The position numbers and the translations under genes are program-made. From assembly GCA_050949315.1 (NCBI GenBank), contig JBMNFL010000001.1:512001-576000 (forward strand): 64,000 nucleotides of DNA, given 5' to 3'. The notes below the pieces were generated by a model. The model was not told where the DNA came from, ran no database searches, and was given only the letters and a program-made list of their open reading frames with translations. The DNA is from Bacilli bacterium. GTDB lineage: Bacteria; Bacillota_I; Bacilli_A; RFN20; UBA1709. Of the stretch, positions 38,054 to 46,865 are shown piece by piece (position 1 is the stretch's first letter; every line of letters begins with the position of its first letter).

Positions 38054-39070
38054 CTAACGACTTTTATTAAACTTCTTTAAGGCCTCTTCAACCGCGACCG
38101 CAATTTCAACTGTCGCCCCAACCATGGGATTATTGCCCATGCCAATAAAACCCATCATTTCCACATGGGCCGGAACTGAAGAAGAGCCGGCAAATTGGGC
38201 ATCACTATGCATCCGCCCCATCGTATCGGTTAAACCGTAGGAAGCCGGTCCTGCCGCCATGTTATCAGGATGCAGTGTTCTACCGGTCCCCCCACCTGAG
38301 GCCACCGAAAAATACTTTTTCCCCGCCTCTAAGCGCTCTTTTTTATAAGTCCCCGCTACAGGATGTTGGAAGCGGGAGGGATTAGTTGAATTGCCGGTAA
38401 TTGAGACATCAACATTTTCCTGCCACATAACAGCAACACCCTCGCGCACATCATCCACCCCATAACAACGAACCTTGCTTCTTGGTCCTTTTGAATAGGG
38501 TTTCTCGCTGACAACTGTTAATTTTCCACTGCGGTAATCAAAACTGGTCTCCACATGAGTAAAACCATTGAGACGCGAAATAATAAGGGCGGCATCCTTG
38601 CCTAAACCATTTAAAATAACCCGCAAAGCTTTCTTACGAACCTTATTGGCAGAATTAGCAATACCTATTGCCCCTTCAGCGGCCGCAAAGGATTCATGAC
38701 CAGCTAAGAAAGCAAAACATTCAGTTTCTTCTGAAAGTAGCATACTGGCAAGATTACCGTGCCCTAAACCTACCTTGCGCTCAGCGGCAACACTGCCTTC
38801 TATGCAAAAACTCTGTAAAGCTTCACCAATTATCTTAGCCACCTCACTAGCTTTCTTCTTTTCCTGTTTTAAAGCCATGGCCGCTCCTAAAGTATAGGCC
38901 CAGGCAGCATCATCAAAACTGATGGGTTGCACTTCTTTAACAATCTTTAAAGGATCAAAGCCATAATCTAAACAGAGCTGATGAGCCGCTTTTAAATCTT
39001 TTAAACCATGCCGTTTAAGGAGTTCACTAATCTTATCGATTCTTTGATCATATTTTTCAAATAAAGCCAT
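38054..39070 (-). CDS. GGGtGRT protein
   Basis: Signature SGGGTGRTLHPDNM; start placed at MALFEKY (ATG 39070, SD AGGAG). Confidence 0.9.
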   Translation of the reverse strand: MALFEKYDQRIDKISELLKRHGLKDLKAAHQLCLDYGFDPLKIVKEVQPISFDDAAWAYTLGAAMALKQEKKKASEVAKIIGEALQSFCIEGSVAAERKVGLGHGNLASMLLSEETECFAFLAGHESFAAAEGAIGIANSANKVRKKALRVILNGLGKDAALIISRLNGFTHVETSFDYRSGKLTVVSEKPYSKGPRSKVRCYGVDDVREGVAVMWQENVDVSITGNSTNPSRFQHPVAGTYKKERLEAGKKYFSVASGGGTGRTLHPDNMAAGPASYGLTDTMGRMHSDAQFAGSSSVPAHVEMMGFIGMGNNPMVGATVEIAVAVEEALKKFNKSR

Positions 39071-39080
39071 AATTTCACTC

Positions 39081-39773
39081 CTATTCTTTTCTAGGGTCAA
39101 TGATTTTGCTAGCTTCATCAAAACGCCCATATTTACCACTGGCTTGTTTGAGAGCCTCATCGCCTGATAGACCCGCTTTTAAACTTTCCATAAGCTTTCC
39201 TAAATTAACATATTTATAACCAATAATCTCATCATTTTCATCTAAACCTAATTCGGTGATATAACCTTCCGAGAGTTCTAAATAACGCGGTCCTTTAAGC
39301 TTGCTACCATAACAAGTTCCTATTTGGCTACGTTTATTTTTTCCTAAATCCTCTAAAGCGGCGCCAACGGCTAGCCCACCTTCAGAAAAGGCCGTTTGGC
39401 TGCGACCATAGGCAATTTGAAGGAATAATTCACGCATCGCAACATTAATCGCATCACAGACCAAATCGGTATTTAAGGCCTCTAAGATGGTTTTCCCAAT
39501 CAAAATCTCACTGGCCATCGCGGCTGAATGGGTCATACCAGAACAACCAAGGGTTTCAATCAAGGCTTCCTCAATAATACCATTCTTGATATTTAATGTT
39601 AGCTTACAAGCACCCTGTTGAGGCGCACACCAGCCAACTCCGTGAGTTAAACCCGAGATGTCTTTGATTTCCTTAACCTTATCCCAGCGCCCTTCTTGGG
39701 GAATGGGGGCTGAACCATGTTTAGCCGCACAAGCAACACAGCCCATCTTTTTTATTTCTGTTGTATAACGCAT
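39081..39773 (-). CDS. NifU/IscU-like protein, partner of GGGtGRT
   Basis: GWCAPQQGACKL, GCSGMTHSAAM and LVCDAIN conserved Cys motifs. Confidence 0.8.
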   Translation of the reverse strand: MRYTTEIKKMGCVACAAKHGSAPIPQEGRWDKVKEIKDISGLTHGVGWCAPQQGACKLTLNIKNGIIEEALIETLGCSGMTHSAAMASEILIGKTILEALNTDLVCDAINVAMRELFLQIAYGRSQTAFSEGGLAVGAALEDLGKNKRSQIGTCYGSKLKGPRYLELSEGYITELGLDENDEIIGYKYVNLGKLMESLKAGLSGDEALKQASGKYGRFDEASKIIDPRKE

Positions 39774-39823
39774 AAAATAATCCTCCCTCTACTTTTTAAT
39801 CATAAACTGCCCTTATTATTAAG

Positions 39824-40930
39824 TCAAAGCCTTTGGCTTACTTGTCTTGCCAAAAGTTTTAAACTCTCTTCACTTAATAAATCACAAATCTCTTGATAAG
39901 TGTTTATTTCGTGCTTTTCTAAAACCTGAGCGATAGTTTTAAAAAGTCTATCGTAGCCTTCATCTCCATAAAATTCAGAATTAAAACCTGCTAAACTATC
40001 CTCAATAACAATAAGCGTGGCCCTTCTTAAAAGTGTTAGAATTGACCTTTCAATCCAATAATAGTATTTAGTTTTTTCCCGCTCATACTTTTTGAGTTTT
40101 AAATAATAAGCGAGCCCATCATTGGCATTGTGCCAGAGATCAAAAAAGACACAGTCATAATCTAAGTCTTGCTTAAGGAAAGCGAAAGCATCGGCTTGAA
40201 CCACTTTGATTTTCTCGGCTTTAGCAAACAAGGGTAGAATTCTATTCTTAAACAAACGAATTACTTCCGCCTCTTTCTCAACGATTGTAACTACACTTAC
40301 CTCTTCTTTTAAAGAAGCCATATAGGCAAAATAACCAAGGCCAAGACCAAAGCAAAGAACCTTACCCTTCATTTCCCTTAAAGGTTCTTCCATGGTCTCT
40401 ATCTCATTAGGGGTGATACTCATCCATTCCGCCCCATTTTCGTAGACTTCTAAGTACTTAAAGGCTTGCTTGAAAAAACCTAAACGCGGGATTTCTAAAA
40501 AACCTAGCTCATCTTTAATAATCAAATCATTATAGACAAAGCCCTCAAAGGCCTGATAATAACTATATTTAAAATGCCACTTGTCACCTTTAATTTCGGA
40601 AATTTTAATATTTACATAATAGGGATTTTCCTCGTATTTTTTGGTATCCAAAAGAAAAAGCCCTTCTTTAAAATAAGTAGGACTAATCTCTAATGTTAAG
40701 GCTTTCTTTCCAATCTTTTCTAAATAAGGAAGAAATAACTGTAGGAGTGCTTCTTTTTCACTCAACCCTGTAATTTCAACTAAACGCTTAAAAGCTTGGG
40801 CTTTAATAAACTTGCTATCATATTGCAAAAAATGCGCAATTAATTCATTAAGGTCGAGATTAAGATCTTTAGTTTCTAATAATTTCGTGAATTCCTTTTG
40901 TTCTTCTTTAGATAGATTGATTTTCATCAT
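39824..40930 (-). CDS. Class I SAM-dependent methyltransferase-like protein (spermidine-synthase-like fold)
   Basis: VLCFGLGLGY motif I, IVEK, ADAF, FFDLW. Confidence 0.7.
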   Translation of the reverse strand: MMKINLSKEEQKEFTKLLETKDLNLDLNELIAHFLQYDSKFIKAQAFKRLVEITGLSEKEALLQLFLPYLEKIGKKALTLEISPTYFKEGLFLLDTKKYEENPYYVNIKISEIKGDKWHFKYSYYQAFEGFVYNDLIIKDELGFLEIPRLGFFKQAFKYLEVYENGAEWMSITPNEIETMEEPLREMKGKVLCFGLGLGYFAYMASLKEEVSVVTIVEKEAEVIRLFKNRILPLFAKAEKIKVVQADAFAFLKQDLDYDCVFFDLWHNANDGLAYYLKLKKYEREKTKYYYWIERSILTLLRRATLIVIEDSLAGFNSEFYGDEGYDRLFKTIAQVLEKHEINTYQEICDLLSEESLKLLARQVSQRL

Positions 40931-40945
40931 TAAGTACCAAAAAAC

Positions 40946-41254
40946 TTATCTACTTACACCTACCGTCTTATCAACAGGCAAGGTAAAAACAATACCCTGA
41001 GCGTCGGTATTCGTTCCAATTTTGTCGTAAAGGCTAAGGAGAATCTCATCAACTAGTTCTGTTGGCACCAAAATTAAAACCATTTCCTTTTCTGGTTGAA
41101 TGGTAATATTAAAAATTTGTTCGGCTTCTTTAGCGGCAGTTCCGCGCGCTTTAATTACCGTTCCTCCTTTGGCACCATGTCTTTTAGCTTCTTCCATGGC
41201 CTCATCAACATAACCCTCATTGATAATACAGATAATTGCCTCAAATTCATTCAT
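40946..41254 (-). CDS. P-II family signal transduction protein
   Basis: GAKGGTVIKARGT, PEKE and GIVFTLPV motifs. Confidence 0.88.
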   Translation of the reverse strand: MNEFEAIICIINEGYVDEAMEEAKRHGAKGGTVIKARGTAAKEAEQIFNITIQPEKEMVLILVPTELVDEILLSLYDKIGTNTDAQGIVFTLPVDKTVGVSR

Positions 41255-41268
41255 GTTTTCACTCTCCC

Positions 41269-41652
41269 TTAATTTTGATTACTTAAAAATTGGTAAACGG
41301 CGACGCCAAGCAAACTATTTAACGCTATTGTAAAAGCAAGGCCTTTGCCATTTCTTGCCTTAGCAAATTTACTAGCAAACATATCTAAAACTTCTTCCTC
41401 TTTCTCACTGCGGATAGTCGCAAGAATAACCGCCTTGTGTTTGTCTTCTAAGCCAAGCATAGCTAAAGTTTTAGAATCCGCTGTTCCTTCACCTTTTAAA
41501 AATAGTTGCATGGTGACCTCTGATTCTTCTAAGGCCTCACTAAAAACTTCTAAACGTGGCCGTTCAACAACGGCTACTAAAAGTTTAAGCGCCTTAACAC
41601 CGGAAACATTACTTTTCTTGTTTTTCTTTTCGTCACTCTTCATCTGTTTCAC
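41269..41652 (-). CDS. P-II-like protein
   Basis: GEGTA, LGL and GKGLAFTI motifs; adjacent to P-II and DUF1538. Confidence 0.75.
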   Translation of the reverse strand: MKQMKSDEKKNKKSNVSGVKALKLLVAVVERPRLEVFSEALEESEVTMQLFLKGEGTADSKTLAMLGLEDKHKAVILATIRSEKEEEVLDMFASKFAKARNGKGLAFTIALNSLLGVAVYQFLSNQN

Positions 41653-41655
41653 CTA

Positions 41656-43215
41656 CTACCTAAATTTAATAATCTGTTTATCATCCGCACTCAAAACACG
41701 TCTCAAAGATAAACGCTCCCGCACCTTAGTGGCCATAACCGAACGGAACCCTAGTAACTGAATGGTAATTGGTGGGGTCATGGCTACCATGGCCACAATC
41801 CCAAAAGCATCGCTCATTACCTTGGCTTCACCTTGTAAAACCACACAAGCTCCAATAGCGAGCGGTAAAATAAAACACACCGACAACGGCCCTGAAGCAA
41901 CCGCCCCCGAGTCAAAAGCAATGGAAGTGTAAATAGGTGGCACAAAGAAGGATAAAGCTAAAGCTAGAATATAGCCAGGAATGATGTAATAGAGGATGGA
42001 AAAATCAAAAGCAATTCGTAGCATGGAAAGACCTACTGATAGACCAATACCAATACTTAAACCCATCATCATTTCTAATTTCGATATCCGACCATTGGTA
42101 ATTTCTTCTACCTGTTGGTTTAAAACATGCACAGCCGGCTCAGCTAAAACCACCGCAAAGCCGATGATAAAACCGCAGATAATTAAGAAGGCTGAACCCT
42201 GATTTGCTAAGTCCATTCCCAGTTTATTACCTATCGGCAAGTAGCCAACATTAATTGCCGTTAAGAACAAGACTAAACCAATAAATGTATAGACAATTCC
42301 GATAATAATTCGAATTATTTTATCTTTCGCAATCTTTAAAAAAGCAAAATTAATAATAAAGAAACAGGTGGCGATTAAAACTAAAGCTAGTAAAGACTCT
42401 TTAGCGGTTCGCCATAAGTTTTCAAGAAGATTTTGCCCCCAATTGCTGGCAATAGAATAATCCGCTAATTCATAGGGAATGGGATCTTTAATAAAAGCCC
42501 CGATTAAAAGTACAATTAAAACTGGACCAACTAAACTGAAGGCGATTAAACCGAAGCTGTTTTCTTCGGCATTTCTTCCGCCTATAGTCATAGAAACACC
42601 TACACCTAAAGCCATGACAAAAGGCACCGTAATCAGTCCTGTTGTTACCCCACCTGAATCAAAAGATAAGGGTAAAAAGGAAGCATCACCATTAACTAAA
42701 ACTAGGGCGACAAAGGCAAACATCATTAGATAAAAGAAAGTTATAATCATGGAAAAGGGCCGTTTAAAAACCATTTTAAAAAGACCGACAACAAGAAATA
42801 ATCCTAGTCCAACCCCAATCATTATAACTAAAAAAGTCTTATCAATGACCGCGCGGACTAATTCGGCCAAAACGGCTGTGTCAGGCTCGGCTATAGTGAT
42901 AAAAACACCAAACAGGAAAAAGACGGCGACTAAAAGTCCGATATTTTTCCTTTTTATTAAACCGCTACCGATGCTTCTTCCCATCGGTATCATAGCTAAA
43001 TCTGAACCCAAATTAAAAAGGGCGATGCCTAAAATTAAAAGCAGGGTTGTTACAATAAAAACCAGAAGTTCGTTAGGGGTTAAATTGACAAAGGGGGTGA
43101 AATAAAGTATTAAAACAATAATAGCCACCGGTAAAACCGAGATTAATGCTTCTCTAATTTTTAACCACAACCGTTTTAACATCGCTGAAACCTCGCCTTT
43201 CTTATTTCTTTTCAA
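41656..43215 (-). CDS. DUF1538 family membrane protein (two fused repeats)
   Basis: Two copies of the AEP ... FDSGGVTTG / FDSGAVASGP module. Confidence 0.85.
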   Translation of the reverse strand: MKRNKKGEVSAMLKRLWLKIREALISVLPVAIIVLILYFTPFVNLTPNELLVFIVTTLLLILGIALFNLGSDLAMIPMGRSIGSGLIKRKNIGLLVAVFFLFGVFITIAEPDTAVLAELVRAVIDKTFLVIMIGVGLGLFLVVGLFKMVFKRPFSMIITFFYLMMFAFVALVLVNGDASFLPLSFDSGGVTTGLITVPFVMALGVGVSMTIGGRNAEENSFGLIAFSLVGPVLIVLLIGAFIKDPIPYELADYSIASNWGQNLLENLWRTAKESLLALVLIATCFFIINFAFLKIAKDKIIRIIIGIVYTFIGLVLFLTAINVGYLPIGNKLGMDLANQGSAFLIICGFIIGFAVVLAEPAVHVLNQQVEEITNGRISKLEMMMGLSIGIGLSVGLSMLRIAFDFSILYYIIPGYILALALSFFVPPIYTSIAFDSGAVASGPLSVCFILPLAIGACVVLQGEAKVMSDAFGIVAMVAMTPPITIQLLGFRSVMATKVRERLSLRRVLSADDKQIIKFR

Positions 43216-43253
43216 TTATAACAAATAATAGAAGAAAAGAAAGATACAAAAAG

Positions 43254-43278
43254 AAAAACTCCGGTTTGCACCGGAGTA
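43254..43278 (-). terminator. hsp20 terminator
   Basis: ACTCCGG-N6-CCGGAGT hairpin with T-run on minus strand. Confidence 0.7.
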
Positions 43279-43296
43279 TGAAAGAAGCCTTTTAAA

Positions 43297-43716
43297 TTAT
43301 TTAATTTCGATAAATTGTTTGTCTGACTTAGTTTCAACCACTTTCTTAATTTCTAAATTCAGAACACCATTTTCAAGCTTCGCACTGATATCTTTATCCT
43401 TCACAGCATCACCGACATAGAAACTTCTGGAGGCTGAACCATAATGTCTCTCACGTCTTAAGTAGCTGCTCTTCTCGTCTTGCTCCTCATGCTGATACTC
43501 AGCCTTAATGTTTAGGTAGCCATCTTCAAGGGAGATTTTGATGTCCTCTTTCTTAACAGCTGGTAATTCAACACTCAAGAGATAACTTGTCTCGTTTTCC
43601 TGGATATCAGTTTTCATAAGTTGTTTGCCCGTATTGAGTTCTCCACCAAAAAAGTCATCTAAAAATGGGGTGATAAACCCAAATGGACCACGACGTCTTG
43701 ATAATTCATATTTCAT
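43297..43716 (-). CDS. Small heat-shock protein Hsp20
   Basis: MKTDI.E, ELP.VKKEDI, RRERHYG and AKLENGVL alpha-crystallin motifs. Confidence 0.95.
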   Translation of the reverse strand: MKYELSRRRGPFGFITPFLDDFFGGELNTGKQLMKTDIQENETSYLLSVELPAVKKEDIKISLEDGYLNIKAEYQHEEQDEKSSYLRRERHYGSASRSFYVGDAVKDKDISAKLENGVLNLEIKKVVETKSDKQFIEIK

Positions 43717-43732
43717 AGTATCTTCCTCCTTC

Positions 43733-43759
43733 TTGGCACTCTTAATGCCTGAGTGCTAA
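43733..43759. promoter_or_regulatory. CIRCE element 1 (HrcA operator)
   Basis: TTGGCACTC-N9-GAGTGCTAA. Confidence 0.92.
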
Positions 43760-43778
43760 GTCTATTATAACACATGTT

Positions 43779-43805
43779 TTAGCACTGTCAAGGGTAAAGT
43801 GCTAA
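43779..43805. promoter_or_regulatory. CIRCE element 2 overlapping the -35 box of the hsp20 promoter
   Basis: TTAGCACTG-N9-AAGTGCTAA; contains minus-strand TTGACA; extended -10 TGtTATAAT at 43764-43772. Confidence 0.88.
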
Positions 43806-43842
43806 TTTTTAAAAGTTTTTTCTAGAATAGTTCATCAAAACA

Positions 43843-43870
43843 AAAAAAGGGTGGAAATTCCACCCCTTTT
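43843..43870. terminator. Bidirectional-type terminator
   Basis: AAAAAAAGGGTGGAA-A-TTCCACCCTTTTT. Confidence 0.8.
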
Positions 43871-43888
43871 ATTTGCCTTTATCTTGGT

Positions 43889-44452
43889 TTAGCCAGTTTT
43901 AGAATCGCTAACAAAAGTAACTGTTGTTTTGGTTTCGACTTTTAAAGCACCCTTGATAGTTAAGCCAACTCTACTGATATCAAAGGAAATATCTACACTT
44001 TGCTCGCTCTTGACAAGATAGCCTTGAGCATCAATTTGCATATTGACTTTAACACTGCCACTAACCTTATCGTCTTTACCTAAATGAATGGTGGTGTAAT
44101 TTTTTTCCATCCATTCTTTAACTGTACCCTTGTAAGAAATATTCATTGAGGTTCCACTAACCTTATATTCGTACAGTTCACCTAAAAGCGCAATTTCTGC
44201 AGGTGAAAATGGTAATGTTGTGGACGTATGTGTGTCTTCGGTTTTACCAACTTCAAAAAAGGGTGCAAAAACACCTTCAGCTTTACTAACATTGGTAACC
44301 ACTTTGGTTGAGATTCTCTTCGGTGTTGTTTCTGTCCAGTTTTCCTCAGAGAAAGTTTGGGCTTCCGCACAGGTTACTGTTTTACCACACGAAGTTAAAC
44401 CGATAGTAAAAAGCAAGGCAGCGACCACTAAAATTCTTCTAAATTTCTTCAT
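43889..44452 (-). CDS. Hypothetical lipoprotein (beta-rich)
   Basis: Lipobox LTSC; own promoter TTCACA-17-TATGAT. Confidence 0.75.
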   Translation of the reverse strand: MKKFRRILVVAALLFTIGLTSCGKTVTCAEAQTFSEENWTETTPKRISTKVVTNVSKAEGVFAPFFEVGKTEDTHTSTTLPFSPAEIALLGELYEYKVSGTSMNISYKGTVKEWMEKNYTTIHLGKDDKVSGSVKVNMQIDAQGYLVKSEQSVDISFDISRVGLTIKGALKVETKTTVTFVSDSKTG

Positions 44453-44537
44453 AATGTCTTTTTATAATCCTCCTTGTGTCTACTATCATAGCACTTTTAA
44501 AAAGGCTTGTGAACACTTTGAGAACAAAAAAACGACT

Positions 44538-45437
44538 TTATGGAGCCTTCTTGGAATGGGGGTGTGCTTTACGAAAACCTGTCTGTAAAGTTTGACTAGA
44601 AATATGCGTATAAACCTGTGTTGCCTCAATACTTTCGTGACCAAGAAGCTCTTGAATGCTCCGTAAATCAGCCCCGCCTTCTAATAGATGCGTAGCAAAA
44701 GAATGACGAATTAAATGCGGATAAATTCTTTTAGGTGGCTTCATTTGTTGTCCCATCTTTTCTAAGATAAGTTCAACACCCCTAGAAGTTAATTTGTTGC
44801 CCAATTTGTTGAGCAAAAGATAAGGGCAATCTATCTCTTTAACCAGTAAAGGTCGACCATTGAGGAGATAATTTCTTAAAACTGAGCAAGCTAGATCATA
44901 AATTAAAACTATTCGTTCTTTATTGCCCTTACCGATAACCCGCAATTCTTTGTTTTCTAAATCTAAATCGCTAAGTTTGAGATTGATTAATTCACTGACG
45001 CGTAAACCCCCTGCATAAAGTAAGTGTATTAAGGCCAAATTACGCAGATTTAACTCTTCTTTTTCACTTAATTTAACCTTTAATAGTTCCTCTATTTCCT
45101 TAAATGAAAGAAATTCGGGTAGACGATGAGTTATGCGCGGACTCTCAAAATAACTAAAAGGATTGGTCGTTAGATATTTGTTCTTATTTAAAAATTTAAA
45201 ATAGGTTCGTAGACTAGATATCTTTCTTGCTATCGAGCGCTGAGAATTATTCTTTCTTAAAAGTGAAGAAGAATAAAGGCGCAGATCTTTGTGATCCAAA
45301 TCCTGTATTGTTAGGGACTCTTGTTGAAGAAAAAGGGCAAACTCTTTAATATCGCGCTTGTAAGCTTGAATAGTTAAGGGTGATAAAGACCGTTCATAAA
45401 TTAAATAATCAAAGAATTCCTGATAAGCAATCAACAT
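44538..45437 (-). CDS. xerC: Tyrosine recombinase XerC/CodV
   Basis: GLRVSE, GKGNKER, HLIRHSFATH, LGH and TQVYTH; topA-trmFO-xerC synteny. Confidence 0.9.
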   Translation of the reverse strand: MLIAYQEFFDYLIYERSLSPLTIQAYKRDIKEFALFLQQESLTIQDLDHKDLRLYSSSLLRKNNSQRSIARKISSLRTYFKFLNKNKYLTTNPFSYFESPRITHRLPEFLSFKEIEELLKVKLSEKEELNLRNLALIHLLYAGGLRVSELINLKLSDLDLENKELRVIGKGNKERIVLIYDLACSVLRNYLLNGRPLLVKEIDCPYLLLNKLGNKLTSRGVELILEKMGQQMKPPKRIYPHLIRHSFATHLLEGGADLRSIQELLGHESIEATQVYTHISSQTLQTGFRKAHPHSKKAP

Positions 45438-46719
45438 ACTTATCCCTCCATTCTCTAAGTTTAGCTAGCGATAATTCGGCTATCGCCATTTTATCCTTTA
45501 AAGGGCTATTTAAAACCCCATAATTAGCGTTCATCGGCTGAAAATTATCGGGATTAGCCTTCACAACATAATCTACTAAAGAGCCAATCACCGTTTCTTT
45601 TGGAAGAGCGACCATTTCTAAACCCTGAAGCTGACGCCAGGCGTTAATGGCGGCAAACAAACCGGAACAAGCCGATTCAATATAGCCCTCTACTCCAATT
45701 ATTTGCCCAGCAAAGAAAACTCTTGGATCTTGACGCCACGTTAATTTGTTAGTTAAAAGTAAAGGTGAATTGATAAAAGTGTTACGATGCATAACTCCAA
45801 AACGGACAAAGGAGGCCTTTTCTAAACCAGGGATTAAACGGAAAATTCGCTCCTGCTCAGGAAAAGTTAAATTGGTTTGGAAACCAACCATGTTATAAAC
45901 CTCTGCCAAACTATCATCTTGTCTTAGTTGCACTACCGCATAAGGAAGGGGAGCATTTTCTCTTTCTAAACCCACGGGTCTCATAGGGCCAAAAGTTAAA
46001 GTTTGCGCTCCGCGTCTAGCTATAACTTCAATCGGTAAACAACCTTCAAAATATTTTTCCTTTTCAAAGTGCCTTAACTTTACGCGTTCTCCCCTAACTA
46101 GTTCTTGATAAAATTTAATAAACTCTTCTTTGGTCATGGGACAATTAATGTAGTCATCCCCCATTCCCTTATCATAACGAGACTTATAATAACACTTATT
46201 AAAGTCTAAACTACTCTTTAAAACCATAGGGGCGGCTGCATCATAAAAATATAATTGTTCAACGCCTAGTAAGCGGCGAAGTTCACGGCTAAATTTAGCC
46301 GAAGTTAAAGGCCCTGTTGCTACAATTACCAAACCATCCTTGGGAAGTGAAGTGATTTCTTCATGATGAACGGTAACATTTGGTAAAGCACGAATTGTTT
46401 TATCAATGTAGTCAGCAAATTTTTCACGATCAACAGCTAGCGCTTGTCCAGCTGGCACTTGAAATAATTTAGCTGCCTTCATAACTAGACTATCAAGTAT
46501 CTGCATTTCTTCTTTTAGTAAGCCTGTTGCTGTATCTAACTCAAAAGATTTCAATGAGTTAGAGCAGACTAGTTCCGCAAATTTACCTGTGTGATGAGCA
46601 GGGGCTTTCTTGCTTGGACGCATCTCATAAAGATCAACTTGACAATTATGTGTTGCCAAAAAATAAGCAGCTTCGCTACCCGCCAATCCCGCACCAATAA
46701 CTGTTACTTTCCCTAGCAT
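45409..46719 (-). CDS. trmFO: Folate/FAD-dependent tRNA m5U54 methyltransferase
   Basis: GAGLAGSEAA, ELVCSNS and GVMHRNTF motifs. Confidence 0.96.
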   Translation of the reverse strand: MLGKVTVIGAGLAGSEAAYFLATHNCQVDLYEMRPSKKAPAHHTGKFAELVCSNSLKSFELDTATGLLKEEMQILDSLVMKAAKLFQVPAGQALAVDREKFADYIDKTIRALPNVTVHHEEITSLPKDGLVIVATGPLTSAKFSRELRRLLGVEQLYFYDAAAPMVLKSSLDFNKCYYKSRYDKGMGDDYINCPMTKEEFIKFYQELVRGERVKLRHFEKEKYFEGCLPIEVIARRGAQTLTFGPMRPVGLERENAPLPYAVVQLRQDDSLAEVYNMVGFQTNLTFPEQERIFRLIPGLEKASFVRFGVMHRNTFINSPLLLTNKLTWRQDPRVFFAGQIIGVEGYIESACSGLFAAINAWRQLQGLEMVALPKETVIGSLVDYVVKANPDNFQPMNANYGVLNSPLKDKMAIAELSLAKLREWRDKYVDCLSGIL

Positions 46720-46865
46720 CCGTCACGCTCCTTACTAATATTTTAATATAAAAGCACAAATATTGGTAGTATTATTTTGAAATTATGCGAAGTTTATTGA
46801 TTTTGAGACACTTTTTAAAAATCTACCTAATTAACTTAAACTTTTTAAATTAAAAGACAGCATTT

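Noticed and set aside
39071-39160. N-terminal extensions in the ORF track (GGGtGRT here; also rpsP, NrnA-CysQ, DUF2779, Fic)
   Set aside because: Downstream ATGs have proper SD spacing and match family N-termini, so starts were shortened.
44538-45437. Tyrosine recombinase as a prophage/ICE integrase
   Set aside because: Sits in the conserved topA-trmFO-xerC context with no mobile genes nearby; housekeeping XerC/CodV.
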